From contig NC_057719.1 of NCBI RefSeq assembly GCF_004010195.1, positions 93,507,072 to 93,571,071 on the forward strand: DNA of 64,000 nt. The letters run 5' to 3'. Made by a program: the position numbers and the translations under genes. The notes below the pieces were generated by a model, which was not told the DNA's origin, ran no database searches, and worked only from the letters and a program-made list of their open reading frames with translations. Position 1 is the first letter of the stretch; the number at the start of each line of letters is the position of its first letter. Origin of the DNA: Chiloscyllium plagiosum. Taxonomy: Eukaryota. This document shows positions 13,381 through 27,969 of the stretch, one piece after another.

Positions 13381-13857
13381 AGTGCAGTATCTATTTATTT
13401 AATCTGTAGCAGTCTGAGAGAATAAAAAGTTGAAACATGATGATTATGGACGGACACCCATGATATCCCAGACAGCTGAATGGGTGAACATTCCATTCTT
13501 TGCATTGGATGTTTGAATCCCGATAGTTACTGTGCCTCTGCATAGCCATCATGCCAATTGATAGGAGTTTCAGGCTCGGAATGAATTCTGACCACTTTAA
13601 TGCACAGTTATTGTGTGACCCTGAAATGAATGTCACTTTGTAAACAATCCTTTTCAGTATACATAATGCCTTCATTCTGAAAAAGTTGACAAAAGAGAAC
13701 CAGATTTTGACCTCCATGGAGATCATGGGTTTTCCTTTTGGAGATGGAAGACAGCTTCGAGAATGGTTAAAAAAAAACAATTGGCCTCATTCAGGCCTCA
13801 TTAAACCAAGCTAAAGTCACACATATGCACTATGAGTAAGTAAGCAGTGCGAATGAA

Positions 13858-14200
13858 AGAAAGAACAAAGAGAACAAAGAGAATTTACAACCTAGTAATA
13901 GGCCATACAGCCATTCAAGCCTGAGCCGATTCAAATGTACTGTCTAAACCTGTTGGTCAATTCTTAAGCAATTGTCTCCCTCTGCTCCCCACCTACTTAT
14001 GCATCTGTCCAGACACATCTTAAATGAATCTACCGTGCCTCCCTCTACCACCTCTGTTGGCAAAAAGGTTCCAAACGCCCACTACCCTCCATGTGAAGTA
14101 TTTGTCACTTGCATCCCCCTTAAACTTTCCACCTCTCACCTTGAAAGCATGACCTCTCGTTATTCAATACTTCACCATGGGAAAAAGGATTGTCTCTATA
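13858..14200 (-). mobile_element. CR1 3' fragment
   Basis: (TTCTTTG)n tail; same subfamily as 26788-27650. Confidence 0.75.
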
Positions 14201-15059
14201 TAGGTGGAGCACTCTATCTGTTCAGTCCCTGCTCCAAATGGTTGCATGTTGCAGCATCTCTCAGAATTTCCTGTTCCTGTGTTAAGGGCTTGAGGAGCTG
14301 AATGACCTCTTCCTATTCCTTATTTAGTGACTACAGGTTTGAAATATTATTTTTGTGATGTCGTGTAAGTGACGTGTTGGAGTGAGCAGATAACTTCTCT
14401 TCCTGTGTAACAGGCAGGAGGAAATGAATGAGCTATAACACGTCGTGCCAATAGTTTTATGGACTGATCAACTTTCCCATATTCTTGTGAACCCAGATTG
14501 AGGTGCTGAATGAGATGCATCTTTTACTGTGGAAATGTGCAGAGTCTAGCAGTGATGTTGCATGAATTTTACCCAGACTTTAACAGCGCCCTCTTCAATG
14601 TTGTCCAGATCATGTTGCACATAGACAAATCATGTTTCACGAGCAGAGAAGGTACAAGTTGTTCAGACAATTATGAATACTACAATGAACATCCTCGCTT
14701 CTGCTCAGTTTGGACTAATTGGACTGAATGACCTCCTTCCACACTGTTGGGATTCTATGACTACAAACTGGAGATACCTGGACTGAGGAAGCGATCCTGA
14801 TGACTTCCTGCAGATGTGTCCCATGCTGAGATGATTGATGTCCACGGATGAGAAAACATCTTCCTTTGCCCTGTGAATGACACCAAACAATGGAGAGGTC
14901 ACAAGTACCTTTCAATATGTGCGATTTTGCACAGGCTTCTTGCTGTCATCCTCAGACTAATACTGCCGAGAGCTGAGGAGCAGTCGCTCTTATCTGACCC
15001 CAGTGTCACCTCTTTTGTTCATATCAATAGGTCATGGCATACAAGCAAAAAACGTTTTC

Positions 15060-16125
15060 TTTAAGCACAGGGTAGTGAATGGCAGGAATTATCTTATACA
15101 AAGAGCTAGGTGAAATTAGATCACTGGAAGGGACCAGTGCTGCCCCGTAGGGATCGGTTCTCCGATCACTGGTCATGTGATTTTTATAAATGACGTGGAT
15201 GGGCGTATGGAAGATTGGGTTAGTAAGTTTGTTGATGATATGAAGCTTTGTGGAGTGGTACTTAGTATGGGAGCTTTTGTAGGTTGTAACGGGATATTGC
15301 AGAAGGCAGAGCTGGGCTGAGAAGTTGCAGATGAAGGTAAAACTGGAAAAGTGTGAAGTAATTCTCTTTGCAAGCTCGAATTCGAATGCAGAATACAGGT
15401 TTATCGGCAGAATTTTTGGCAGTGTGGAGGAACAGAGGGATCTTGGGGTCCATGCCCATAGAAGCCTCGAAGTTGTTATTCAAATTGACAGGGCTGTTAA
15501 GAAGGCGAATAACGTGTTAGCTTTCATTATAGGGTGATTGATTTTAAAAGCCTTGAACTATGCCGCAGGTCTATAAAGCCTTGGTTAGATCGCACCTGGA
15601 ATGTTGTGCTCATTTCGGGTCACCTCATTATAGGAAGGGTGTGGCAGCTTTAGAAAAGGTGCTGAAGAAATTTACTAGGATGCTCCCTGGACTGGAGGGT
15701 AGGTCTTATGAAGAAAGATTGACAGAGCTAGGGTTTTTCCTCACTGAAGCGAAGAAGGATGAGAGGTGACTTGATCGACGTGTACAAGATGATAAAAGGC
15801 AAAGGGAGAGTGAATAGCAAGAGACTTTTAATCCCCAGGGCAGAAATTTCTACCACAAGGGTACATAAATTTAAGGTGATTGGAGGAAATCGTTGGACAG
15901 ATGTCTAAGTCATGGTCTTTACACAGAGAACGGTGGTAGTAGAGTCAGATACACGAGGGAGATACACGAGGGAAACTTAAGTGACTCATGGATTGGAATA
16001 TGGCAGATATTGCACGGAAGTATTTAGGTTAGTATGATCTGAGAGTCGGATATAACGGTGGCATAACATCGAGGGCTGAATGGCCTTTACTGTGCACTAA
16101 TGTTCTTTGTCCTAAGTGCTATGAC
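15060..16125 (+). mobile_element. CR1 RT 3' region and tail
   Basis: ORFs EQRDLGVHAHRSL and LVRSHLECCAHFGSPHY, ending with GGGCTGAATGGCCT..tail. Confidence 0.85.
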
Positions 16126-16931
16126 ATTTTTTGCAGAGTTTCTAGATGGATTTTGATCTGTTAGAGACATGAGTGCTGCGAAGATTTGTAAATTAAAGAG
16201 TGATTGAAACCTACAGCAAATCAACCATGATCTTCGTTACAGGCAAAGCAGGCTTGGGAGTGGGGGAGACGGATGAGGTGGAATGGTAGTGCGGTGAACA
16301 GCATGATCCTGTTTCTGATATTCTCACATTTTGATATTGGAAAGTTGCTGGGACTTATTTTCAACGGATTTCTACTATTGACTGTTGTAGTCAGGGAGAC
16401 CAGAGGATTTTGTGAGCAATCTCTGGGTGTCGTATGGGGGCTGTATTCACAGTGAATCTGGGTGTCCAACATGAAAAAAATGCACAAGTTGCACAATGAG
16501 GAACCTGTGTAAGGAGAGATGAGCAGCCTCTTTCATACTCGCCCAGTGTTTTCCAATTACATTTTCCAAGTTATCTCAAACTGTGTGTGACAGTGTTGAG
16601 GGGCTGAATGCTGTCCTCTGTTTCATTGCACCAGGTGATAGCAGTCAGTAGTCCTCCTGTCCAGCAGTTTCGAGGGGCTAAATGGAGCACGGTGATATTA
16701 GACAGAGGAGCAGGAGTGGGTCAGTATACATTTGGAGGCTTCTCTGCCAGGCACTCAGGTTGTGGTCTCAGTCCCACTTTGCTGTCTGCATCACATTATC
16801 CGTGGCTCACATCTTTGTCAAATATTTAACTAACTCAGCTTTGAATACTTGTAAACAGAGAACCACCACAAACTTCTGGGGAAGAGCATTCCCACTCGAA
16901 AAGCCCTTCTAGAATTTTTGACTTGCCTCTT

Positions 16932-18240
16932 AGAGAATCAGAGAGTCATTCATCACGAAACAGGCCCTCTTATCCAAATTGTTCGTGCCGCCCAGACATC
17001 CTAATCTGATGTGTTCCCACTTGCGAACATTTGGCCAATGTCCCTCTGAACCATTCCTGTTTATGTACCTATCCATTTAAATGTATAATTGTACCCGCTT
17101 TCACCAGCACTTTCTGTAAATGCACGTACCCTCTGCATGAAAAAAATATCCGTAAGTTCACTTCTCAATCTTTCCCCTTTCCTTTTCAAAATATGCCGTC
17201 TATTTCTGGACTCACCTACTCTGGGAAAAAAAAAGGCTTGGCTATTCATACTATCCACGCCCCTCATGCTTTTATAAACTATGTCGTGCTACTGCTGAGC
17301 CTCCGACAGACCGGGGGGGAAGCCTCAACCTATTCATCCTCTCCCTGTACTTCAAACCCTTCAATTCCAGGAAATCCTTGAAAATCTTTTTTGCACCCTC
17401 TCAAGCTTAACAGCATCCATCCTTTAGCAGAGCAAATAAAATTGTAACCAGTATTCTCAAAGTTGACTCATCAACGTCCTGTAAAAGCGCAACATGCCAC
17501 CCCAACTCTTATAGTCAATGTTCTGACCAACTAACGCAAGTGCACCAACTGTGTTCCTCACCACCGTGTCGACCTGCGACTACAATTTGAAGGAACTATG
17601 GACGTGCACCCATATGTCTCTTTGTTCCGAAACATTCCCCAGGTCACGATCTTGCTTTAACTCACTGAAATACAAAACCTCACAAATGTATAAACTAAAT
17701 TCCATCTGCCAGTCCTTGGCCTTCTGTTCGTCAAGGGTGCCGCTGTACTCTGATATAATCTTCTTCACTGTCCACTGCACCTTTTTTTTATGTTATCTGT
17801 AAACTTACTAAACATGCCTCCGATATTCATGTCGAAATTATTAATATACATGATGGAAAATAGTGAACTTATCTCTGATTGTTGCAGACTCCAGTCTGGA
17901 AAACAATCCGTTACCTTCAAGACAATTATGCATCCAATTGGTTCGCTTTGCCTGGATTCCATGTGACCTGAGCTTTGCAATCTCTCTACGATGCCATACC
18001 TTTATAACGCCTTGCTCTATAATGTATATCACAGTGCCTTCGTCAATCTTCTGCGTCATCTCTTCAAAGTGCTCAATCACATTAATGAAACATGATTTTC
18101 ATCGCACAAAGTCACTCTGACTATCCTTAATCTGTTCTTGTCTTTCTGAATGCATGCAAACCCTATTCATCAGAATTCCCTCCAACAACCTACCCGACAC
18201 TGACTTTAGGCTCACTGGGGTCTATAGTTTCCTATGTTTT
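16932..18240 (-). mobile_element. CR1 RT fragment
   Basis: Minus-strand ORFs WQMEF, EQRDIWVHVH and MFSKFTD. Confidence 0.8.
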
Positions 18241-18526
18241 TCAATCACAGTTCCCTTTTCTTGTTCCACTTCTCCACTGGTCACAAAATATTTTGATTAT
18301 AATTAGGTTGGTGATATGGTCAATGAGAGAGTTCTCAGAGGGTGTTAGGATCAGTGTTAGGAAGAAGTCAGGCATGTTTCTTTATTCTGCTAAAAGAACA
18401 CGTTTATGACCAAAGTAAAGTTACTCAAACGCTGATGGAAAAAAGAATGACAAGTCGATATTGCAAATGTGTCCAATGATATTTTCCTTTGAAAAATACT
18501 GAGGAACACACACAGATACGCACACA

Positions 18527-18557
<31 letters not shown>

Positions 18558-20109
18558 GTTTGAAAACAAACTGGAGAGCAAATTATCTGCCATGTTATTT
18601 TGAAAAAACCTAAAGCAAATATTATTCAAACTCATGACAAAAGGGGAAAAAAAGAGAGATTGGTCCAAATGCAATTCTACTTACAGAGTCAGCAAGTCCT
18701 ACAGCACGGAGACAGGCCCTTTGGCTGAAACTGTCTATGCTGACCAAAATGTCTATCCACCCTCACCCCATCTCCCTGATCTTGGCCCATATCCTTCCAA
18801 ACCTTGTCTATTCATGTGTTTGACCAAATGCCTTTCTAAATGTTGTTGATATAAATGCCTCAACCACTTCGGCTGGCAGCTCATTCCCTTTGTGTACCAC
18901 TCTCTGTGTAAAAGAGTTTACCATCAGGTTCGCTTTTATTCTTTACCCTCTGACCTGAAACTGATGCTGTCTAATCCTAGATTTCCCATCCCAGGGGAAA
19001 AGGACTGAGTCCATTCACCCGAGCCATTCCTCTCATGATCTTGGACAGTTCTTTCAGAACTTACACCCACCCACCCCCGGACTCCTCCACTCTGAAGGAA
19101 AATGTTTTGGGTTGTCCAACCTCTCCCTATAAGTCATACCGTTGAGCCCTGGCAACATCTCTGTGCATTTCTGTTGCACACTTTCCAGTTTAATAACATC
19201 CTTTCGACATCAATGTGACCAAAACTATAAACAACACTACAAGTGCAGCCACACCAATATCCTGTATAACTGCAAAATAAATTCCCAAATTCCATACTCC
19301 AATCCCTGACCGATGAATGTCAGTGTGCCAAAAGATTTCTTCACTTTTGGAGAACACTCCTACATTTGGAGAATGGTGGATCTGAACTCCAGGGTCCCTC
19401 TGCTCCACTGCACTCCTTAAGTTCCTACCATTCACGATGAAAACCCTACCTTGATTTAACGTTCCAGAAACAATCCTTGCCGACACCCCCAGTTGACCAA
19501 GGTCCTGCTGCAATTTCTGATATGCTTACTCACTATCCACAATACCGACATTTTACTATCATTTTCAAACTTACTAACCAAAACTTGTACATTCTCAATA
19601 ATATCATTGATATAGATGACAAACAGCAATGGGCCAAGCATCGACACCTGAGCCATTCCCCTAGTAATAAGCCTCCAGTCCAAGAGCATCCTTCCGCTAT
19701 TACATTCTGATTGCGACCATCCAGCCAATTGCGTATCCAATTTGACAGCTCCCTTTGGATTCCATGCGATCGAACCTTCCAGATCAGACTATTATATGGA
19801 AACTTATCAAAAGCCTTACTGAAATCAATTTAGACTACGTCTACCACACTGCTTTCATCAACATTACTGGTCACTTCTTCAAAGAACTCAAACAAAATTG
19901 TGAGATATGATCTCCCACTCACAGAGCCATGGAAAATTTCCAGTTGAGACACAACTCTGAATAATTGTTATAAAAATAAATAATAACAAATAACAATAAG
20001 ATGGCATTTTCATGGAGAATAAATTATCCTTGCTATGTAGTATTGCAGCATATATTGTAGCAGATTATATCTTGTTCCTGTATCATGGAACTGTTTTGGC
20101 AAAATATGT

Positions 20110-20402
20110 GTGGCACGGTGTCGCAGTGCTTAGCACTGCAGCCCCACCCCACCAAGGACCCAGCGATTCTCGGCGTGGAGTTTGCATATTCTCCCCACAT
20201 ATATGTGTGGGTTTTCTCCGGGTGCTCTAGTTTCCTCCCACAATCCAAAGATGTACAGGTCAGGTGAATTGGCCATGTGAAATTGCCCATTGTGATAGGT
20301 GCGTTAGTCGGGGGTAAATGTATGTGGATAGTTTATACTTCGGAAGTCGTTTTGGAGTTGTTGGCCAACATGGCCTGTTTCCATTCTGTAGGGAATCTAA
20401 AT
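20110..20402 (+). mobile_element. tRNA-derived SINE (HE1/V-SINE-like)
   Basis: GGCACGGTG..CAGTG.TTAGCACTGC head, central GGAGTTTGCA.ATTCTCCCC…TTTCCTCCCACAATCCAAAGATGT domain, AATCTAA tail. Confidence 0.85.
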
Positions 20403-20755
20403 TTTAAAAATCCTTATCAAATCCTGTCTTTCCTAATGCATGTTTCTCTTCTCCTTCAGAATGTTCTCGAGTAACTTTCCTTCCACGGATGTTAGGCTTA
20501 CTGGCATATAGATCCCAGGTTTTTCTTTGCCTCTCTTCTTGAGTAATGGCACAATATTTACTCCCCTCCAGTCTTCTGGAAACGCATCTATGGCTAACGA
20601 TGATGCAAACATATCAGCCAGGGACCCGAAATTTCTTCCTGAGCTTCTTGCAGTGTTCTTCGATGCATCTGGTCAAGGGGAGGAGATTTATCCACCTGCA
20701 TATGTGTTAATATATATAACACGTCCTCTGTTGAGATGTGGACTGTTCCCAAGGT

Positions 20756-21042
20756 ATTAGATTAGATTAGATTAGATTAGATTAGAATTGATTAGATAAG
20801 ATGACTTACAGTGTGGAAACAGGCTCTTCAGCCCAACATGTCCACACCAACCCGCCGAAGCGCAACCCACCCAGACCCAATTCCCCTACATTTCACCCCT
20901 TCACCTATCGCTACGGGCAATTTAACAAGGCCAATTCACCTAACCTGCACATTTTTGAACTTTAGGAGCAAACCGGAACAGCCGGAGGAAACCCATGCAG
21001 ACAATGGGAGAATGTGCAAGTTCCACATTGTCAATCACCACT
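20756..21042 (-). mobile_element. 5'-truncated HE1/V-SINE-like SINE with long (AATCT)n tail
   Basis: (TTAGA)n at 20756-20800 followed by the reverse complement of the SINE body. Confidence 0.85.
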
Positions 21043-23329
21043 AGATCTTTTAAGCTCTCAAGTCTTCATGTATGCCTCCACCTTAAATAAAGAAGAAATA
21101 TTCCTTGAGAAAGTTGTCCATCTCCTACCGTCCTTGACATGCATGCCCACTTTGGATCTTTACAGGTCATAGCTTTTATTTTAAATATACTTAAATAACC
21201 TATTTGATCCAACAGAATCTTCTCAGCCAAGGCTATCTCATACCCCCTTTTCGCTCCCTCATTTTCTTCTTCAGTAATTTCTGTATTCCCTTTCTACCTC
21301 CAGGGATTCCCTTAATCCAAGCTGCCTGGACCTGAACCGTGCCTGTTCCGTTTTACTTTCTGGTCAGAGCCTCAATATCCCCTGACATCCTGGTTTCCTT
21401 ATTCCTGCAACCATTGCCATTCACCCCCACAGGAAAATAATGACCTTGAACTCTAGCTATCTCACTATTAAAGGCCTCCCACCTTGGCTTCACTTGGAGG
21501 TCGCCACTAATGATGTTACCTAGCCAGGTAATGAAACGTCTGGATATTAAACTACAGCTCAGTGAGCAAACCTACACCCTAGGCCTCCCACCTGTCATAA
21601 GTCCTTTTGCCTGCAAGAAACTATTACAATCAACCCCCAAAACCTCCTGGCTAATTCCATCAAATTTCATCTTGAACTAAATTAGAACTTTGACCTTTGG
21701 ACCAGGTTTGTCCCTCTTCATCACTATTTTTAAATTGAGAGTTATTGTCACTCTTCCCAAAAAGTTCCCTGACTGTAAATTCAGTCACCTGTCCTGCCCT
21801 GTTTCCAAAAGTAGGTCGAGCATTGCCCTTCCCGAGTAGGAACCTCTACATTCTGCTTGAAAAAAACTCTCCTGAAGACACCGAATAGATTCACCCCCAT
21901 CTAGGGTCTTAATTCTGTGTCAGTCCCAGATCTATGGTGGGAGAATTAAAATCTCCGACTATGTCAATTCTATTGGAACTGCAAGTCTCCCCAGTCTCTC
22001 TATATACGTTTGTTCCTCTATTTCTGGTTTACTATTTGGTGGCGTATAGTACGACCCCCACAATGTCACCATCCCCTTCTTATTTGATACCACCACACAC
22101 AAAGCCTCACTGGATGATCCTTCGTTTATTTTTCTCTGATAACTGTTATGGTACTTGTATTAATCTAAAGTGCAACTCCCTCTCCCCTCTTTCCAATACC
22201 TCTGCCCAGCCTAAATCACCTGAATTCTGGTATATTAAGCTACCAGTCCCGTCCCTCTCTTAGCCATGATTCTGTAATGGCTATAATTTTAATATTCCAC
22301 GGACCTATCTATGCTCTGAGTTCATTGGCATTACCTGTCAGCCCTCTTGCATTGAAACAGAATGCAATTTAATTCAACAGGCATTTGTACATCTCTGTGT
22401 GTTTCAGCCTAACCTGCCTCTTCACTTTACTGTTTCTAATCACTGTAACTCCTTCTAACCTCGTTCTTACCTCCTGCTATTGAGGATCCCACTTCCTGCT
22501 AATGTAGTTTAAACATGTAGTTTAGCAGTAGAAGACCTACCCGCCTGTATATTGGTCTCCCTCCAGTTCAGGTGCAATCCGTCCCTTTTGGGCAGGTCGC
22601 ATCTTCCCCAGAAACGATGACAATGACTTAAAAGATCGGAAAGTCTGCCCCGCCCCAATCTCTAGCCAATATGCTGATGCCATATGTTGCTGTTCTTACC
22701 TTCACGAGCACGTGGCATTGGAAGTAATCCGGAGATTACCATGGACAGGGGGCTGTTTTTTTCGCTGTTTTCTGAGCTTTCTATGATCACTTTGAAGGAC
22801 CACTTTCTAATTTCTACTTATGGCATTTGTAACTTCGTGCACAATGATTTCTGGCTGCTCACCAACCCACGGTCGAGAACGTTCTGCAGCCATTCTGAGA
22901 TATCGCACCCAGGAGGATACACGCCGCCCTAGATTACCATTTGCAGCTGCAGAATCTCCCGTCTGACTCCCTTGCTATCAAGTCTAAATGATTACTTCTG
23001 AAGTTATACTGCTTACACGAGCTGCTGACAATGGGATTCCTTCCTGTAACAGTTGGATTTGGCTGAATTGCATGGCTTCAGGCAGTGTGGAGATTCTAAT
23101 GAATCCTTATCAGGAATCCACCATGAATTATGCAAGTGGCTGGGCTTTTTTTCTAGCTCGCATATATTGCTGTGATTGGGAGAGGGAAAGAGAAAGGTAA
23201 CAATGGAATGATCCTTCTCAGTGAGTGTACATTTTTCTCTCTCTAAGGTGAATTAGTAACATTATCAGACTTCAACTGGACCATGTGAGTTCGCCTTGAA
23301 CATTGTCTGAACAAATGATTCCATTACAC

Positions 23330-24060
23330 TACCTGATTTATGTAGGTGCATTATTGCTGCTGTCATCCACGGGACAGTTTACTTGAAAAAAAAAATGACC
23401 TGACTTGATTTGAAGATGCCAAAACTGTTAATCCTTCATAACAAATGACTTCATCCCAAGAACTAGTAAAAAGAAACATCTTTGAAACGTTTCAAAAGCA
23501 ATTTTGTCTTCTTTCCAGTTTAGGGAATTAAAACTGCACACAATACATCAGATGTTGTCTCAGCAATGCCTTGTACTGATGCAGAAAAGCATCCCTAAGA
23601 TCACACCTGACAGCCCTTGCACGAAACAACATTATTCAGTTTACTTTCCAAACCACTTGCTGAATTTTCAGAGTACCTTGATGTGACTGAGGTACTAAGA
23701 TACACAAATCCCACTGCATCACTGAGTTCTGCATTCTCTCCATTAAAATATTTTTCTGCTGTTTTATCCTTTTCCCAAATCACTAAGTTCTGTCATCCAT
23801 ATTGTACCGTCTTTTTTTTGGTGAAAGTTTGCTCACTTCCATCTCTTGTCTGTATCCCATCTGCCTCCACTTGACATCTGAATGAACGACCATCCTGATG
23901 TATGAGCATATTGAGCTCTAATACATTCACCCATTCATCCAACTCATTAATGTACATTGTAAATCGTTGATGACCTCACACTGAGCAATCCCACTGGTAC
24001 AGCATTCCAGCCTGAAAATCAGTAATTATCTCCACTCTGTCTTTCCTGTTTGCTAAGCAT
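23330..24060 (-). mobile_element. Old CR1 RT fragment
   Basis: Degenerate similarity to the CR1 RT region. Confidence 0.5.
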
Positions 24061-25584
24061 GGATCTCCTGTACCCGGGTAGTAGGCTAGAACGGCGACAT
24101 GACCTCTTCCAGGACTGTGTAATAACATAAATGACTGAATACTTTATTCCATTTCTGTGTTATCCATAGTGCGACAAAATTGTCTCCTCCTGTCTCATTG
24201 TAACGATACTGACTGGATGAATGGGGTCTTTACTCCCTCCGTAGTAGCCTCGAGGAGAGAATTGAGTGAACAACATATGTAATGTGAGCAGTATTTGACC
24301 ATTCGGACCCTCAAGCCTGCCGCACAATTTAGAAAGCTCAGGGCTGGTCTGATTGGGGCTGACCACCCCTTTTTTTCTGTTCCCAATAAACTTTGACGCT
24401 TCCAGCAATCAAAGTTCAGTTCAGGTCAACCTTGAATATCTTCAATGATGTAGTCTTCTGTGTTCCCTGGGTATGACAGCTCCACTAATTGCACAATCCA
24501 AAGGAGAAAGGAACAACATTATTTCAAAATGAATGGGAGACTCTCTAATTTTGAACTGTGCAAACCTCATAGCGATTCATCTCCTCTTTTGAGAAACAAG
24601 GGCACAGCAAGCAGGAACAGACGTAGACCACTTAGCACCGAAACCTATCCCACAGTCCTATTGACTGTTCATTAAAGTATTTGTCAAACTTAGCCTCCAC
24701 TGCACCCTTGGGAAAATATTCCTGAGACGTTGAGGCCATAAAGCATTGGTAAATGGAATCAGTGTATTTGGCCCATCAAGTTTACTTTGCTGTTCAATCC
24801 TGCCTACATGTTACTGAACACAATTCTCCGACCTTCTCACTGCAACCATTGATCTCCGTTTTAATAAAAAAAAAAACCTAACTGTGCCTTAAAGATACGA
24901 CTGTATCTGAGTGTCCATATGTCAAATCACATGATTTTCCTGTGTGTTTGTTCATCAGACTGTTCTGACATGCTGTGATACACCTCTATCACAGGCGGGA
25001 CTTGAATCCAGGTCATCTCTTCCAGATACAGGAACATTACAACATGTTCATGAACTGGAATCAAATTCAGACTTCTAGCTTAGATACATGGTTGCTACAC
25101 ACTACACAAGACTTAAACCAGCCCACGTTTTGTGTCATACTTTAAGTGCCGGCTTTCGGCTCTGTAAGAATGTATTAAATTCTCGATAACATTAATGAAT
25201 TACACAGGGAACATTCTCATTGTTAAACAAATACAAGATACGTGCCTCAACTGTAGGATGTGCCTTGGAACCGAGGTGAATTATGAACACCTTTAATTGT
25301 TTGGCAATGATTGTCAGCTTAAATGGCTATTATCTGAAGTCTGCTATATTCGGAAAAGAAATCCTGTAGACGCACTGTAAACTACGAAGGATCTTGAATC
25401 GATATCAATACTGAACACCAGAGATGAAAAAAAGCACAATTTCTGGCCAAAAAGTACTAGTCACTATTTCCAGGCTCGAACATGTGGTTTCCGTCTTCCT
25501 AAAATCATTACATGTTGCAAGGTAAGTGTTTCGTTTCTAGGTTTTCCTTACCCACGCCTGCCTCAGCCTACGCAAGGCAAACCA

Positions 25585-26045
25585 AGCTATGGGTCTTTGG
25601 GAAAATCAACGCTGGTGCTTTCAGGCTTCTGGAGAGGGCAGTATCTTTTAAAAGTAAAGGAGGAAAGTGAGTGGGCGATAGTGGCATTGACTGGGCTGAC
25701 GTGTGGCAGATGGAATTTTACTTGGACCAACGCGTGGCATTGCATTTTGATGAAGAAAACAAGGCTTATGCAATTAATGCTGGGCTTTATTAGTGCTGTA
25801 GAAAAGAGGGAGTCAGGGGCACAGATATAATTCTTTTTCGTTGTCAGCACATATGGACAACATGTTTAAGGGTACTTTGTTGTTCAGGTTGTTGAGGTTG
25901 GGAGTTACGAAGTCACACTGGGATTGCAAAGGACAGTAGTAAAGCCTCTTCTATAATACAGTGTGCAGTTCTGGTCACCTTCATATAGGAAGAATATTAT
26001 TAAGCTGGTGGTAGTTTAAAAGAGTTTTACCAGGATGTTACCAGG
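25585..26045 (+). mobile_element. CR1 RT fragment
   Basis: tggcagatggaattt (WQMEF) and gtgcagttctggtcacct (VQFWSP). Confidence 0.7.
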
Positions 26046-26460
26046 AGCACCTTATCTTCCGACTTGGGGACATACAAACACACATGGCATGTCCATTGAA
26101 TTAAACAGTTTATAAACCTCCCCTCTCATAATCACATAAAAGACCCAGCACTCTGACTCAGATCTGCCCTCTAGCGATGATCTACCTGGTCATCTTCCTT
26201 CCATTCCACACTCCCCATCGGACTACCACTTCCCATCTCCTATCTTCGCCCACCTATCAACTACCTTTCCCCTAGCCCCAGCCCCAAATCACCATTTATC
26301 TATCAGGCCCCTTCTCCCTCTCCAGTCCTGAAGACGTTTCCTGCCTGAAACGTCGACTCTCTTTCTCATCAGATGCTGCCTGACGTGCTGTACCTTTTCC
26401 ATTGCCACGTTCTGTCGACACTGAAGTCTCCAGCATCCGCAGTTCCCACTGTCGCTAATG
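26046..26460 (+). mobile_element. PLE 3' fragment with terminal repeat and hammerhead-like motif
   Basis: gagcaccttatcttccgacttggg (GIY-YIG C-terminus), pyrimidine-rich spacer, then AGTC-CTGAAGA…GAAACGTC-GACT at 26324-26358. Confidence 0.75.
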
Positions 26461-26787
26461 TACAATTCTTTTCTAAGATATCCATGTTGTTACCCTGTTA
26501 TAACCCAAAGTTCTCTCTGGCACATTTACTCCTCAAATCATGGACGATAAAATTCTCTGAATGTTGTTTTTATATTGTAATGCCTGATTAGTGATTACAG
26601 TGTCTATGCTTCAACTTATGGAACAGAGACGCATGTTTATATTCCGAATAAACCTCTCGGATTGGTCCCATATGCAAGGCAGATTAAATGGTTATACACA
26701 ATAATCTACCATCTCCAACATTTTTCCATCTGTCACCCTCATATATCCCATCTAGAATGTGTAAAGTTTAATCATTATGTTGAATTT

Positions 26788-27650
26788 TAGAACAAAGAAC
26801 AAAGAAAACCTACAGGCGACGAACAGATCCGTCGGCTCTCCAAGGCTGAGCTGATCCAAATCTATTGTCTAAACCTATCTGTCAATTCCTAAGATTCTGT
26901 ATCCCACTGATCCCCACCTACTCATGCATCTGTCAACATGCATCTTAATGAATCTAGCTGCCTCTACCACCTCTTCTAGCAATGTGTTCCAGACCCCCCC
27001 TACCCTCAGCGTAAAGTACTTGCCGCGTGTATCCATTTAAACTTTCCACCTTGCACCTTGAAATTGTAACCTCTCGTTATTAAGTCCTTCACCCTGGGAA
27101 AACAAAGTATATCTGTATCCACCCTGTCTATAACCTTCATAATTTTGTAAGCCTCCATCAGGACCCCTCAATATTCTTTTTTCTGATCAAAACAAACGTA
27201 ATCTTCTCAAGCTCTCTTCCATACAAGGCACCATACTCGCAAACCTTATCTGCACTCTCTGACAAGCGTCCACATCTTTTTGATAATGTGGCGACCAGAA
27301 CTGTACACAGTATTTTAAATGTGGCCGAACCAATGTCTTGTACAATTTTAACATGACTTTCCAGTTCTGATACTCAATACCCCGTCCAATGAAGGCAAGC
27401 ATACTATATGAATTCTTGACCACGTTATCCAACTGTGCAGCAACCTTCAACGTACAAAGGGCCTGCAATCCCAGATCTCTCTGCCCATCAATTTTTCCCA
27501 AGGCTCTTCAGTTCAATGTATAATTCGCTCTAGAATTAGTGTTGCCTAAATACATAAACTCACATTTCTCTGGATTTAAATCCATCTGCCATATTTCCGC
27601 CCAAATATCCTGTCCATGTATGTCCTCTTGTAGTCTTTGACAGTCTCTTA
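26788..27650 (-). mobile_element. CR1 3' fragment
   Basis: ORF 27187-27501 LYKTLVRPHLKYCVQFWSPHY; (TTCTTTG)n tail. Confidence 0.88.
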
Positions 27651-27969
27651 ATAAAATAGTATTGAACTGAAAATCTTTAACTGGAGCTACTTTTTCAATG
27701 ACTGTGATTAATGCCAGTCTCCATAGATCCTAAATGTGCCACTGGAGTGTTTGCCTCTTTTGTTAATTACGGATTCGGTTCGATGTGTTATCCCATATTA
27801 TAGATGGGAGCATCACCGACAGCACGAACAGGGATCGGCAGCTCCAAAGAGAGGGAATGTTCCAACATTGGATCAGAATCTGAGAACAATATTGTCTATT
27901 GTTACAACAATAGACAGGAGTTTGTCTGAGGGTCTTTACTGGCTTTCTCAGCCTTGGATATTATTAGCA

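Larger units (their letters stand above)
18682..22990 (-). mobile_element. Long degraded CR1 (RT, endonuclease, ORF1 end) interrupted by SINEs and a PLE terminal fragment
   Basis: QVSMLGPLLFVIYIND (19456-19740). Colinear similarity to the other minus-strand CR1s through ~22990. Confidence 0.75.

Noticed and set aside
20756..20800. Telomere-like repeat (TTAGA)n
   Set aside because: It is the reverse complement of the SINE (AATCT)n tail, not TTAGGG.
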